A stretch of 51,210 nucleotides of DNA, counting the filler, from Sphacelaria rigidula (Eukaryota): the NCBI GenBank assembly GCA_964200075.2. It is 3 parts of 3 records of this genome, joined end to end, with 100 filler letters (N's around TTAATTAATTAA, not from the genome) between each part and the next. Parts side by side here need not be neighbours in the genome. Positions count along the whole stretch, not along the records: positions 17,105 to 34,108 come from CAXNAA020001193.1; positions 34,209 to 51,210 come from CAXNAA020001194.1; 1 more part is not named here. The stretch is one strand, 5' to 3'. Below the pieces are notes generated by a model, which ran no database searches, had not been told where the DNA came from, and saw only the letters and a program-made list of their open reading frames with translations. Numbering within the stretch: the first letter of the stretch is position 1; each line of letters starts with the position of its first letter. Shown here piece after piece: positions 25,105-37,200 of this stretch. Position numbers and translations under genes: made by a program.

Positions 25105-25823
25105 TTAACCTTCACGTTACGTTTCATTGGGAACGTTAAAAAAAAAAAACGTTACGTTAACGTTTCATTTGAAAAATTTAACGTTACGTTCATCACTTTG
25201 AAAAAAAATAACGTTCACGTTGCGTTTCGGGCAAAACGTAACATGAACGTAACGTGTAACGTTGTGGCACGTGTAACGTGTAGACCCCTGCAAAAATCGT
25301 CATCATCCGCTGTATATATCCTTCGGGGTTTTATTAAGACTTTCGTATCGACGCTATCTCCGTACACTATAGGGATTGCTTGACATGGGATTTGATCAAC
25401 GAGAAAAAATTGGCCCGAGACTGCGCACATGGACACGTTCCCCATGATCAGACGATTATTATCATACGATATGCGGATCACGGCCCAACTCGTCTGTGTC
25501 AACGAGATATTGCTTTGAGAGCTTAAATCCGCGCCTAGGCCGGCCCAACTTGTTCAAACTGCCGGGAAAAACCTCTGAACCGCGTAACAACCAAGTAGAG
25601 AAGATCACCGTCAAATGTGCTAAAGCGTCGGAATCGATCTCAATGAATGCCAAGCCCTTTAAATCTACGATGCACTTGAGTGTCTTAGTCGTGCCGCACA
25701 AAAGTCAGCAGTTAACAGTTGACATCAGTTGGATATCACGTGCCGTCGATCGGGCTGTGAACTACGCCTACCCACCGTAGCAATGCATCATATTGCTCTC
25801 TAGATCACGAGGGGAAGGCTCAC

Positions 25824-26187
25824 CTGCTTCCAGAGCATCGAGCGCCGTTCCACCTCCCTCCAATGACGTCTTCGCTGCTGCCACCGCGATTGAACCGAAA
25901 CGCCACGTAGCAATCGCGGTTCGTCGCGCTAGCGTGCTACTTCGATCTTGTTTTGGAGTTGGATTAGGAGCAGGTGTTGTTCGGCTGTTGTCACGACTGC
26001 CGACCTGATTTCGTTGGGAAAGCACAGGGCAATCGGCAGTCGACCTCAAGGGGGCATCCGACGCAACAGCTCTGGTCCCAAGAGCAAAAGACAGCGTCCC
26101 CACCATCACAATTACAGCCAGCAGTGCTACCGAAGCGCTCCCCGGAGCCGTCCTGGCACCGGACGATGGTCTCCAAGCATGAAACAT
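25824..26187 (-). CDS. AGA: First exon of a glycosylasparaginase / N4-(beta-N-acetylglucosaminyl)-L-asparaginase-like (Ntn-hydrolase) gene, 3'-partial
   Basis: An N-terminal hydrophobic signal-like stretch (VALLAVIVMVGTLSFALG) precedes TAIATWRFGSIAVAAAKTSLEGGGTALDALEAG, matching the type-2 asparaginase/glycosylasparaginase N-terminus. G|GTGAG donor. Downstream exons were not recognised in this contig; the start Met is inferred. Confidence 0.72.
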
Positions 26188-26608
26188 GAGCAGATTACTG
26201 TTGTCACAGACAGATACTAAGCGTAGTAGTGTAGGCCTAGGACAGAACAGCGACCTCAACGCAATGACTTGCGAGGTAGTACGGATCCGCTCGAGACGCA
26301 GATATGTTAAATACTTTCGTATTACAAGACTGAAGAGTACACGGTATGCTGCTTTTTGGTCGTCCCTATTCGCTGCCAGCTCGTCACGGATATGTACTAT
26401 GCTGCTGTTTCGTACACCATCTATCGTGCGCTGTGTGGCATTTTGTATCTCAACTCCTAGATATTTGACTCTTCGGTTGAAGTCATACTCCAACATTTAA
26501 AAACTTGAATTGACGTTGTTCCAAAGGGCGCTTTCAGATTGTGGACGAAGCTCGCAACTCGCAACTCGCTCACACTCTGCCGCGCAGTCTGCTGTTACGT
26601 ATTCACTG
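26188..26608. promoter_or_regulatory. Putative bidirectional promoter / 5'UTR region
   Basis: About 420 bp between divergent start codons, with no recognisable repeat, in an otherwise TE-littered contig. Confidence 0.45.
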
Positions 26609-29600
26609 ATGAAGAGAGTGCGTTTCTCTGACCACTTACAGCAAGAGAATCAATCGAGACCTGATTCTACATCCGGTCTACCTGTTGAGGTGGATGCCAA
26701 TTTCACCTCCCCTTCGGCAAAAGGAGTCGCAATACCCACCACTGCGAAAGTTGCACCTACTTTGCTAGACTTCACGAGTACCTCGCCATCTGAGCCTCAT
26801 GAGGGGAGGCAGGACGAGTACACCGGGGTTGGCATGGTGCCATCTACTGCGATAATTTCTGCGCAGACAAGGCACACCTTGTCTTCTGGTAGCACGTGTA
26901 AAGTATTTTCGAACGATGATCACTGCGCATCGAGTGACGATTCACGCGTGACTGCAATGTCGCGTGCCAGCACCACTGCAACGCCTTCCGTAGCATCCCT
27001 CGCCGCTGGTCATGTAGCAGCAGCTGCTGATGACAGCCATTCGTTTATGAAAATAGATGAGGATCCACTGCGGCCTGATCTACAGCAGCCTGTGATGTCT
27101 GGTACGCGGTACCCAACAATCAATAAACCTGCCACCGCTGAGCTTTCGTCCGTGATGCTCGATAGTCGTCTCGCACCACCAACCACGACCACTGCTGGTA
27201 TCAACGAGATAGCTCAGCAAGGATCGGCCGAGGTGGACAACAATGGCAGCTTCACTACCAGAGCAACCGGCATATCCTTGACTACTACCCAATCAACACC
27301 CGTTTCCGTAGCTCCCACTCGTAGCGACGGAAGAGCGAGGACTACAACCGAAAACCACAATTACTTGGCATTGGTGGTGTACACAGGAGGACAGCAAAAC
27401 GCGGCCGTGGGTGGCATCCCTGATTCGGCGGAAAACCACATGCGCCACGTTTGTGGTGCACAAATATCCCTAGGCATTGGAACTGACGTGGGAGGGGATG
27501 GGTTTTCGTCATCTTGTCAGGTAATCACACGTCCATCGTCGAGAATGATACACAACAGGGGACTTGACGAACACACCTCCTGCGCGTCGTCATCATTCAT
27601 CGATGGTGCTCTGTCGGCACCACCATCAGAAGGCTTCGTCGGCATGAGCGACAAGCAGTCTTCTTCGCTCAGCGACAGGACAACCGGACTATCGATAGCA
27701 GGGGGCAGCGTTTCGTGCCGGTTGGCCTCAGTTGGGGAGGATACGACGACTGCGATCCCTTCCAGTCACCAGTGCAATAGCGCACTTCGTGGTGCAGCGA
27801 CTACATTGGGCACGGCGAGGGATGCGGACGACTACCGGCCATCGGAGTGGGTGGTGATGTCGGCTGCCCAAGTTGCACAGACCGCTAGAAAGCTGGAGCT
27901 GGAGACCGAGAGGAGCAAGGCACTAGAATCCACAATCCAGAAGCAGCGACGGGACAGGGTCATCATCTACAACGCCGCCATGAAGCAAGTGAGACATTTC
28001 CGGTTCGGAATTTTGTCACATACCTCGTGTGTTCTTCCCTCACGCACGCGAGTATACTATCCGACTGAAAAGGGCACCCGAAGCTTCAAGGGTCTGCATG
28101 CTTCTCTAGCCCTTGTCTGCACAGTATTTCCTTCTTTCGTGCATGGTGCATAGCTTAGATGAACACAACCGCTGGGTCCGCACAATAGCAACCCCAGCCG
28201 TATCTGAGAAAGTAAGCAACCACTCGGTCGCAACCATTCCACGCGGTCACCCTCTCTGTCGCATATACGCTTGAGATACTTGTGACTTCCAGGTCTTTGG
28301 TACCATGGGCACACTAATCAAGAGGTCAGACACGACCGGGTACTACCTCGTGGTTTGGATGCACCTTTACGCCCCATACCGCGTGCACTGAACTTGTGTT
28401 CCCCCTGTCGTACATGCTGGTTGATGTTTTGCGCAACAAAAGGCATCGGAGAGGGAAGAAGCGTTCATGTCCGAGGCAAAACAGTCCCAAGCACGAGAGC
28501 AAAGTACCATGAGAGCAGAGATGGACACGGAAAAGCAGAAGCTCAGCGAGCTCTACCAAGAACGCTGTCGAGACTATGCACAGATGGTGTGCGACGAACG
28601 CGAGGATGAGGTGACCAAGAAAGTCGCAGGCAAGAGAGAGAGGTATAGCTATGTGTACCCTGTCCGTATGTCCCAGCATTTTTTAAGCAAGGTGCTTGGG
28701 GTGAACAGTTTCGTTGCACGCACTTCAGTCAGTATGCCAAGCGGTCGCAGCGTGAAGCTCATTATCGTCGGGCAACCGATCACACAGTGCCATATCTGGT
28801 CTGCGATGATCACTGTCAGGTGCAACTGTGCTCTGTACTGCAGAATATCCAGGGGTGAAGAATATCGACTTCAAGTAGCACATCCAGCCAAGTGATGGCA
28901 GTGGCAGACTTCACTCGGTAGCCGCTTCGTGTCCCTCATCGAATGGTGTATGTGCTACTTGCTTTCTGCAGACTTGCGCAAGGACTGGGCACGGCAGAAG
29001 AAGACAATCGCACAGCTTGTGCAAGACGAAGGGGGAGATGAACAGGCAAGTAACGAGCAAGCAACAAGCAAGTATGCCGGACAGAGTTAATTTTCGTACC
29101 AGGTCGCTTAGCGAAGGATTGGCACCTTGTGAGATCCGGGGTGTATGGGTATGACCGGCGCCCGTATGCCTCAGCACTTCAGTTCATGCGACGAGGGGGA
29201 GATTGCCGCGTTTTCCCTGAGAGATACATACCTGCCTCAGGTGATGACCGCGCCATGTGGACAACGATTGCAGTGCCGTGCGATTCATTATTTTCATGTG
29301 CACTTTCGTCTCTAGAAAAGCGATTAGTGAGCGCGGGGAATGTCAGAGCCAGTACGTGGTTCACATTTTCATAAACTGTTCTGATTCACGGTTCGTTGTG
29401 CATAGCGTATCCTACGTGCGCTCACAGCGTAAAGACGACCTAACTATTAGAGACTACACCAGCCGTACTAGTCCTGCGTGCGGCAGTAGCTCACACGAAA
29501 CACCCTCGGTGCGCCTTTATTAACATAGGTGGTCGTGTTGGCCAGGGCGATTATGGAGAAACTAGAAGAAGAGCGGAAGGAGGAAATCCAGGGGATTCGG

Positions 29601-31542
29601 GAGGAAATTTACGCCGAAGTCAAGGTACACGAGCATGCCAAATAAACGAGTTTGTATCTACTCGCCTCAGTTCATGAGGGAGTTGAGTTCAGACTCTCTT
29701 CGGCTGTCTATATGATGTTTTTGATTGTTTTTTTGCTCGCTTTTGGGATCTCCGGTGCTTGGGCGTGGAACTGTCCTGCCCTTCAAGTGAGTTGTTTCAC
29801 GGTCGTGCTAGGTATCCTCGAGAGCTCGGCTCTGAGTCCACTACATGCTCCGTCTGATGGAGACCCCGGAATCAAAGGTGTGGACCCCTAAAAAAGATTA
29901 GGGAATTGAAGCCACTTCATCCCTAGTGTAGCCTTCAAAGAGCTACTCTTGTGTACTTATTTTTCTTTTTCCCGTCATGCTTCCAACCTTACCCCCTCCC
30001 TCCACCCCACCCACCCCCCTCCAGACGAGTCCGTAGTGTCAAGGAATCGATTCATCCCTCACCGATGCCTGCTTTGCAATTCATTTTTGGGCATTCCCGC
30101 AGCCCGTCAGTTTTCATCGATTTTCTTCTCAACTAAGGTTCTCACGCTTTCCATGACGGAATCCAGTAAAATATACACTGCTGTCGGGAGTCCAATCCAC
30201 TACTCCGCCCAAAGTGACCAATTATGTAGTACAGTATTTTACCATCAGAACGCGGCGTTTCACCAGTAATGAATTGCAAAAAAAACATCAAAACACTTAG
30301 CACGTCGATGAGCCAGACATTCCTGGAAAATCCCCTAACTTGCACATTTCACACCCCTGCCCTCAACATGGTCCCACCTCCTCACCAGGCGGAGTTCGAA
30401 GCTCGTGAGGTGGCTATGACCGACGTTCTGCGAAGCGAACACGAAGCAGACTTGGAGGGCCAACTTCTGCTCGCCGAGATCCGACACCAGCAAGACCTGG
30501 ACCGATTGAGGGCCGAGCTCACTGACAGCGCCATAGTTGCATCTTCTGACGAAGCTGCAGCCCGGAGCATCGTGCCATACCAACCCGGAACAAACCCGCC
30601 ACAGACCACAGGAGATGGGAGTGTCGGGGTTCAATCCAATAGTCGCCGTTGCACTCCATCTCCGTCATTTGCGCGAGGTATTCGTGTGACTGGCAGTGGA
30701 GATGTCAGCAGCGGGTACCGGGTTGGAGACGGTGGAGGTAGGGGTGTACAGAGGACGAGTGGAAGCCGACGTGGCCTGCTCGCGGAAGGGAAGTGTGGCC
30801 TCGCGGGGAAGCTTCCCGCTTTCAAGGTGCCATTTCAAAAGCGTTCACCCGGATGCGACAGCAAGAATGGCGAGGACGACGGGAGTAGGATCGACAAGGC
30901 TTCCACGAAGAAGTAAGTAGGTTCGTATATTCGTGAATATCTGCTTTCATCAGTGGCTGTCCTTGCTATTCTTCGAATGACGCAAAGAAGAGTAGTGCGT
31001 TTCTCATGAATCCACCGAGTATCGAAAGGAGAGAACAGCGAGGGTGGTGGCAGGTAGAAACTCGTTCATGTAGCGACACATATATTTGATTCAAAAAGTC
31101 CTGAAAAGGATCCGTTCTGTCGTCGAGCACGTCTCTGTTTGACCCCAAACAGCGGCGTTTCATTTTCCATGATCTCCTTCCTCTATTGCGAAAGACTAAG
31201 TATCTGTCGTCACTTCTCTCCATGGTGCTTACACCACCACACAACCGCAGGACTTCGCCAAACGCCACCACTACCACCGAGCCTTCATCTTTCCAGCCCC
31301 GTGTTCGAACAAAGAACACCTCGCGCCTCGCAACCAGCACTGGAAAAAAACGTTCAGAAAATCGTCTTCACTCTGCCGCCATCGCCGAGGATACGGAGGA
31401 AGGGATAACCAGTACACTTATGGTGTCGCCTATCAAGTCCGGCGCCAGGATGCTGACCATGACACCATCGATGGATGCTCTAATGAAGGAGCCCCCCAGG
31501 CCAAAAAAGCGAGGCAAAAAACTATTTGCATCCGCATCCTAG
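26609..31542 (+). CDS. Uncharacterised ~850-aa Ser/Thr-rich disordered plus coiled-coil protein; exons 26609-27988, 28443-28629, 28972-29045, 29529-29624, 30389-30912, 31251-31542
   Basis: Long first-exon ORF (MKRVRFSDHL...). Exons join in frame (phases 0,1,0,0,2; 2553 nt including stop) and give a continuous E/K/R-rich heptad region. Introns 2 and 3 need GC donors (G|GCAAG, CAG|GCAAGT). Confidence 0.75.
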
Positions 31543-32840
31543 GTGTACTTTCGGAGTCAGCGTGTTATCAAGGATACCAAATCAGCTTGAGCTGGCTGAA
31601 CTCACTCTTGCAGTATAGCTATGGGCATGTGTACGCTTGTAGTGTGTATTATCGAACGCATTGGGAGTACTTAGGCTTTCAGCTCAGGAAGTTCCGAGGT
31701 AGAAGGCAGCGGGCATTTTTGAAGCGATGAGGTTATTCTTTGGGTGTGTTTATAGCGCGGAGTGTGTCGACTGTCCTGCGATTGTTGAACGTTTCGCAGG
31801 ACTCACGACACTGTTCAGGATATACAAGATTGTAGTCAATTGTGATGTAATGGTGTGGGCTGGTGGCAAAATATGTGCTGATGGAAAAATTGTAGCAGAT
31901 TTGCACAGACCTTTGCACGGGGTAGATTCCTTACTCAAAGTATTTTCTGTGTTTCATTTATCATACGTCATATTTACTTTCACCGTAGTGTGTATAGTTA
32001 GCGTGTAGCACACGGGAGGCTTGAGACGACAGCGGGGAATACATCGGGCGACCTTCCCACGAGATCCTCGGATCATCACTTCCTTATCTTGTTTCTTGGA
32101 CCCTCGGATCATTACAGTGTAGTATTTTTTCGTAGTGTTGCGCTGACGTTGTTGGTGGATATATGAACTTCTGAACGTCCTTAGAGAACACATGACGCTC
32201 GGGTTCGGTGCTGCTGCGTGCGGAAGCTACTAGCAGCTATGCAGTTGAAGGGGTATGTGGCATACGTCCCTTAGCTGGGAAAGTGATCAGAGCGCACACT
32301 GGAATGAGGTTGCGTATCGATCAATGAAGGGAAGTGACGGTAGAAAGCGGATACACGGGCATTGGTGTCTGCTATAGTGGCGTTTACAGTCCATTGACCT
32401 ACCGTGTGTGTGGGCTGCAAGGATTAGTAGCCAAACCGTGCCGGGCGCACTCAATCAGTGCCGACGCATAGATTGCAAAGCCGCCCCACCGTGTCACCAA
32501 GGTGGCCATACAATGTTTTCGATTAGTAAGCGCCGACCCATGCAACTAGTGTGGAGATCTCCATCAACATCTCTACAAGTGAACCGAACCACGGCGTTGT
32601 CGCCGCCAACAAGTTTGCACGCGAATGACCAAGACGGCACATTTTCACAACGCACAAGATTCACAACGTACGATGCCAAACACCACCGTCTCCGCACCTT
32701 CTCTCCCTCTTTTGCCTTTAGTACCCAGTCTGCTCTACATCAGATCCATGCGGTTCACGCTTTCGTGGGTACAGCAACACGGAACCCTTTTACGCCGCCG
32801 TTTTTTCTACATTAACACATGCATGGACTCGCCGTATCTA

Positions 32841-32853
32841 CTCTCTCTCTCCC

Positions 32854-32886
<33 letters not shown>
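32841..32886. repeat. (CT)n microsatellite
   Basis: Seen directly. Confidence 0.95.
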
Positions 32887-34108
32887 TTGCACAAATTCGC
32901 CCTCGAGTTGGGTACACTGGACACTTCAATATTGTGGGTTAGACAGACACGCAAAACCTACCCACACAAATCACTCGCCAAGGTTATTTTGCCTCCATAT
33001 GAAAAACCTGGACAAGGGGAAAAGGCGCAGCTCGACAGAGGCGAACACGATAAAATCTAGGGAATATCTCCTAGAGAGAGATCGATGGCCCGCCACTTGC
33101 GTGCGTAAGAGAGCCCCACATGGAGTACGAGCCTCCGCCGTCGTCCGCATTCAGAGTGGCCGAGCGCACCCTAACCCGCGTCCGTTCCTGCGGGAAAGTC
33201 AGGAAGAGGGACTGCTGTGGAGTGAAACACGCTATCGGTCAAGAGCAATACCGGTGGAAACAGTGGTGGTTCCGTGATGCCAAAAAATGCCGTAACGGGG
33301 CATATTTTGAACCACACCCCGCGATGTCGAGTCTGGCGATGTGACAGCATGCAAATATCCACGGCTGTCCGGTATGAAGAGCCCACGCCAGTTTCTGGCA
33401 CATCCCCCATACACAGGCAGGCGAGAGAAATCTACTTCAGGTGACGAAAAAAAGGTCGGCGTACAAAGCGCAATCCCAGCACAGCATACAGTAGCGGGTG
33501 AATACTTCCGTTGGAGGCTTTGATCGGGGGACGAGTAAGTTAATGGTGCACCTCTGATGGATCAGGCGACACTTCATCGTGTACTCAGTATCTGCGCCCG
33601 CTGTACATGCAGTAAAGACTACTAATTGCCGTATTTCGTACTTTTTACCTGCACGGGACGGTAGACGTCGAAGACCATATCGAAGAACTTACGAATTTTG
33701 CCCACATACCGATCCGTCTGTCGATGTTTTGAGGTCACCACCAACTTCAACTCGTTGTCTTTATTCAACGTTTAAACATTTACGGAACAACGAGCGGGCA
33801 TGCCGACGAGCGGACGAGCGATTTAGGGGGCAAAGACAGGGGGGAAAGGAAGGATGGGCTGGGATCAGCGTCAAGTCAACTGATCGATGTTCATGTGGCC
33901 GTTCTATTGTAGTATACCATGCCGTAATAGGGTACCATGCAGCGGCACAAACCTTGCTGCCCCATGTCCAAGGGTAACGGCATACGGCTCCAGTCTCCAG
34001 GAGGAGAGGGGGTGTGCCGAGGAGGCGGGTGGAGGGGGTGTACTGATGATCTTGCATGCCATAGTCATAAGACCATTGACCTCGCATCCCTACAAAGCCG
34101 GGACGGAG

Positions 34109-34208
34109 NNNNNNNNNNNNNNNNNNNNNNNNNNNNNNNNNNNNNNNNNNNNTTAATTAATTAANNNNNNNNNNNNNNNNNNNNNNNNNNNNNNNNNNNN
34201 NNNNNNNN
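34109..34208. other. Artificial contig spacer N44-TTAATTAATTAA-N44
   Basis: Identical to the spacer at 17005-17104. Confidence 0.97.
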
Positions 34209-37200
34209 AAATGAAAGCATCCAGTGACCGTTCGATGGTGGCATCGGAGTTGCTGCCGACAGGTGTATGATCCCGTTGCCCCGACGAACGTAAATATGCA
34301 CGACCAAGCTCGACATTGCCAGTACTCCGAGGCCCGGTGTCGCCGCCGCTGCGGTAAAGCAAGGAAAAAATAGTCACCGTTCGATGGTGGCATCGGAGTT
34401 GCTGCCGACAGGTGCATGGTCCCGTTGCCCGGACAAACGCAGATATGCACGACACAGCTCGACATTGCCGGTACTCCGAGACCCGGCGTCGCCGCCATTG
34501 CGGTAATGAGACAAAAACAAAACTCATCGTTCGAAGTTGGCATCGGCGTTGCTGCCGACAGATGTATGGTCCCGTTGCCCGAACGAACGTAGATAGGCAC
34601 GACGCAGCTCGACATTGCCGGTCCTTCAAGAGCCGGTGTCGCCGCCACTGCTGTACAACAACAAATGAAACATCCAGTCGTCGTCCCAACGTCGAATCAA
34701 AGTCGCTGTCAACCAGCTCCCGGTCCTGTTGCTGCACGAACGTAGATAGGCACGATTCGGCCGCATGTCGCCGGTACGCCGGGGCTCGGTCTCACCGCGA
34801 TTGCGGTAAAATATCGAATGGAAACGAATCACCGTCCGATGGTGGCATCAGAGTTGCTGCCGACCTGCATCGTGTCCTGTTGCTGCACGAACGTGGAAAG
34901 GCACGTTCACGCCGCATATTGCCGGTACTCGGAGGCCCGGTCTAGCCGCCATGGCGGTCAGAGAGCAAGTGGAAACAAATCAAACCGGACAGTCATCGTC
35001 TGTGAATGACATCGAAGTTGCTGCCGACCGGCGCCTGATGCTGTTGTTGCACGAAACAAAACGCACGATCGAGCCCAACATTACCGGTACTCCGAGACCC
35101 GGTGTCGCCGCCACTACGGCAAAACGACGAAAAAAGACAACCTGTCACCCTTAAATGGTGGCATCGAAGTTGCTGCCGACAAACGTACGGTCCCGCTGCC
35201 CGGACAAACGTAGATGGGCACCATGCAGCTCGACCTCGCCGGTACTCTGAGACCCGGTGACGCCGCCACTGCGGCAAAGCATGAAGAAAAACAAACCGTC
35301 ACCGGTCGATGGTGGAATGGAAGTTGCTGCCGACAGGTGTATGGTCCCGTTGCCCGGACGAACGGAGATACGCACGACGCAGCTCGACATTGCCGGTACT
35401 CCGAGACCCGGTGTCGCCGCCACTGCGGTACAACAACAAATGAAACATCCAGTCGCCGTCCCATCGTGGCATCAAAGTCGCTGTCAACCAGCGCCCGGTT
35501 CCGTTGGTGCACGAACGTAGATAGACATGATCCACCCGCATGTCGTCGGTACGCCGGGGCTCGGTTCCACGGCGATTGCGGTAAAACAACAAATGGAAAC
35601 GAACTCAACCAGGTAGTCACCGTCCGATGGTGGCATCAGAGTTGCTGCCGACCTGCGTCTGGTCCTGTTGCTGCATCGACGTGGATAGGCACGGTCACGC
35701 CGCATGTTGCCGGTACTCCGAGGCCCGGCCTAGCCGCCATGGCGGTGAAACAGCATGTGGAAACAAATCAAACCAGACAGGCACCGTCTGGGAATGACAT
35801 CGGAGTTGCTGCCGACCGGCGCCTGATTCTGTTGCTGCACGAACGTAGATAGGCACGATCGAGCCCAACATCGCCGGTACCCCGCATCCCGGTCTCGCCG
35901 CCATTGCCGCGAAATGACAAATGAAAGCATCCAGTGACCGTTCGATGGTGGCATCGGAGTTGCTGCCGACAGGTGTATGATCCCGTTGCCCCGACGAACG
36001 TAAATATGCACGACCAAGCTCGACATTGCCGGTACTCCGAGACCCGGTGTCGCCGCCGCTGCGGTGAGGCATGAGAAAGGAACAGTCACCGTTCGATGGT
36101 GGCATCGGAGTTGCTGCCGACAGGTGCATGGTCCCGTTGCCCGGACAAACGCAGATATGCACGACGCAGCTTGACATTGCCGGTACTCCGAGACCCGGCG
36201 TCGCCGCCATTGCGGTAATACGATTAAAACAAAAGTCATCGTTTGATGTTGGCATCGGCGTTGCTGCCGACAGATGTATGGTCCCGTTGCCCGGACGAAC
36301 GGAGATATGCACGACCCATCGTGGCATCAAAGTCGCTGTCAACCAGCGCCCGGTTCCGTTGCTGCACGAACGTAGATAGACATGATCCACCCGCATGTCG
36401 TCGGTACGCCGGGGCTCGGTTCCACGGCGATTGCGGTAAAACAACAAATGGAAACGAACTCAACCAGGTAGTCACCGTCCGATGGTGGCATCAGAGTTGC
36501 TGCCGACCTGCGTCTGGTCCTGTTGCTGCACGAACGTGGATAGGCACGGTCACGCCACATATTGCCGGTACACGGAGGCCCGGTCTAGCCGCCATGGCGG
36601 TAAAACAACAAATGGAAACGAACTCAACCAGGCAGTCACCGTCCGATTGTGGCATCAGAGTTGCCGCCGACCTGCGTCTGGTCCTGCTGCTGCACGAACG
36701 TAGATGGGCACGGTCACGACGCATGTTGCCGGTACTCGGAGGCCCGGTCTGGCCGCCATGGCGGTGAAACAACAAGTGGAAACGAATCAAACCGGACGGT
36801 CACCGTCTGTGAATGACATCGGTGCTGCTGCCGACCGTCGCCTGATGCTGTTGTTGCACGAAAGTAGTTACGCACGATCGCGCCCAACATCGCCGGTACC
36901 CCGCATCCCAGTTTCACCGCCATTGCTGCATACGACGAATAAAAACATCCCGTCACCATTCGATGGTTGCATCGAAGTTGCTGCCGATAGGTGTATGGTC
37001 CTGTTGCCCGCACGAACGTAGATATGCACGACGCAGCTCGACATTGCCGGTACTCCAAGACCCGGTGTCGCCGCCACTGCGGCGAAATAACGAAGAAACA
37101 AAAAAGGCATCGTTCGATGATGGCATCGGAGTTGCTGCCGACAGGTGTATGGTCCCGTTGCCCGGACGAACGGAGATATGCATGACGCGGCTCGACATTG

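Larger units (their letters stand above)
20053..25290. mobile_element. hAT-superfamily-type DNA transposon (5.2 kb, degenerate, with nested insertions)
   Basis: TIRs CAGGAGTCTACATGTTGCACGT and ACGTGTAACGTGTAGACCCCTG (19/22); perfect 8-bp TSD CAAAAATC at 20045-20052 and 25291-25298; ACGT-rich subterminal repeats at both ends. Confidence 0.85.

Noticed and set aside
26188..26496. N-terminal extension of ORF 25768-26496 (MLEYDFNRR...)
   Set aside because: It overlaps the presumed promoter region and precedes the signal-peptide-like segment; the downstream ATG at 26187 is more plausible, though the extension is not excluded.
33937..34108. Possible gene start (MSKGNGIRLQSPGG...) at the contig end
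   Set aside because: Short, with no recognisable domain, and truncated by the spacer.
34410..34435. HDV-ribozyme-like words (GCATGGTCCC, GGGCAAC, GGGAC) in the monomer
   Set aside because: The words are split between opposite strands of the same short segment and cannot form the nested double pseudoknot; no hammerhead core was seen either.
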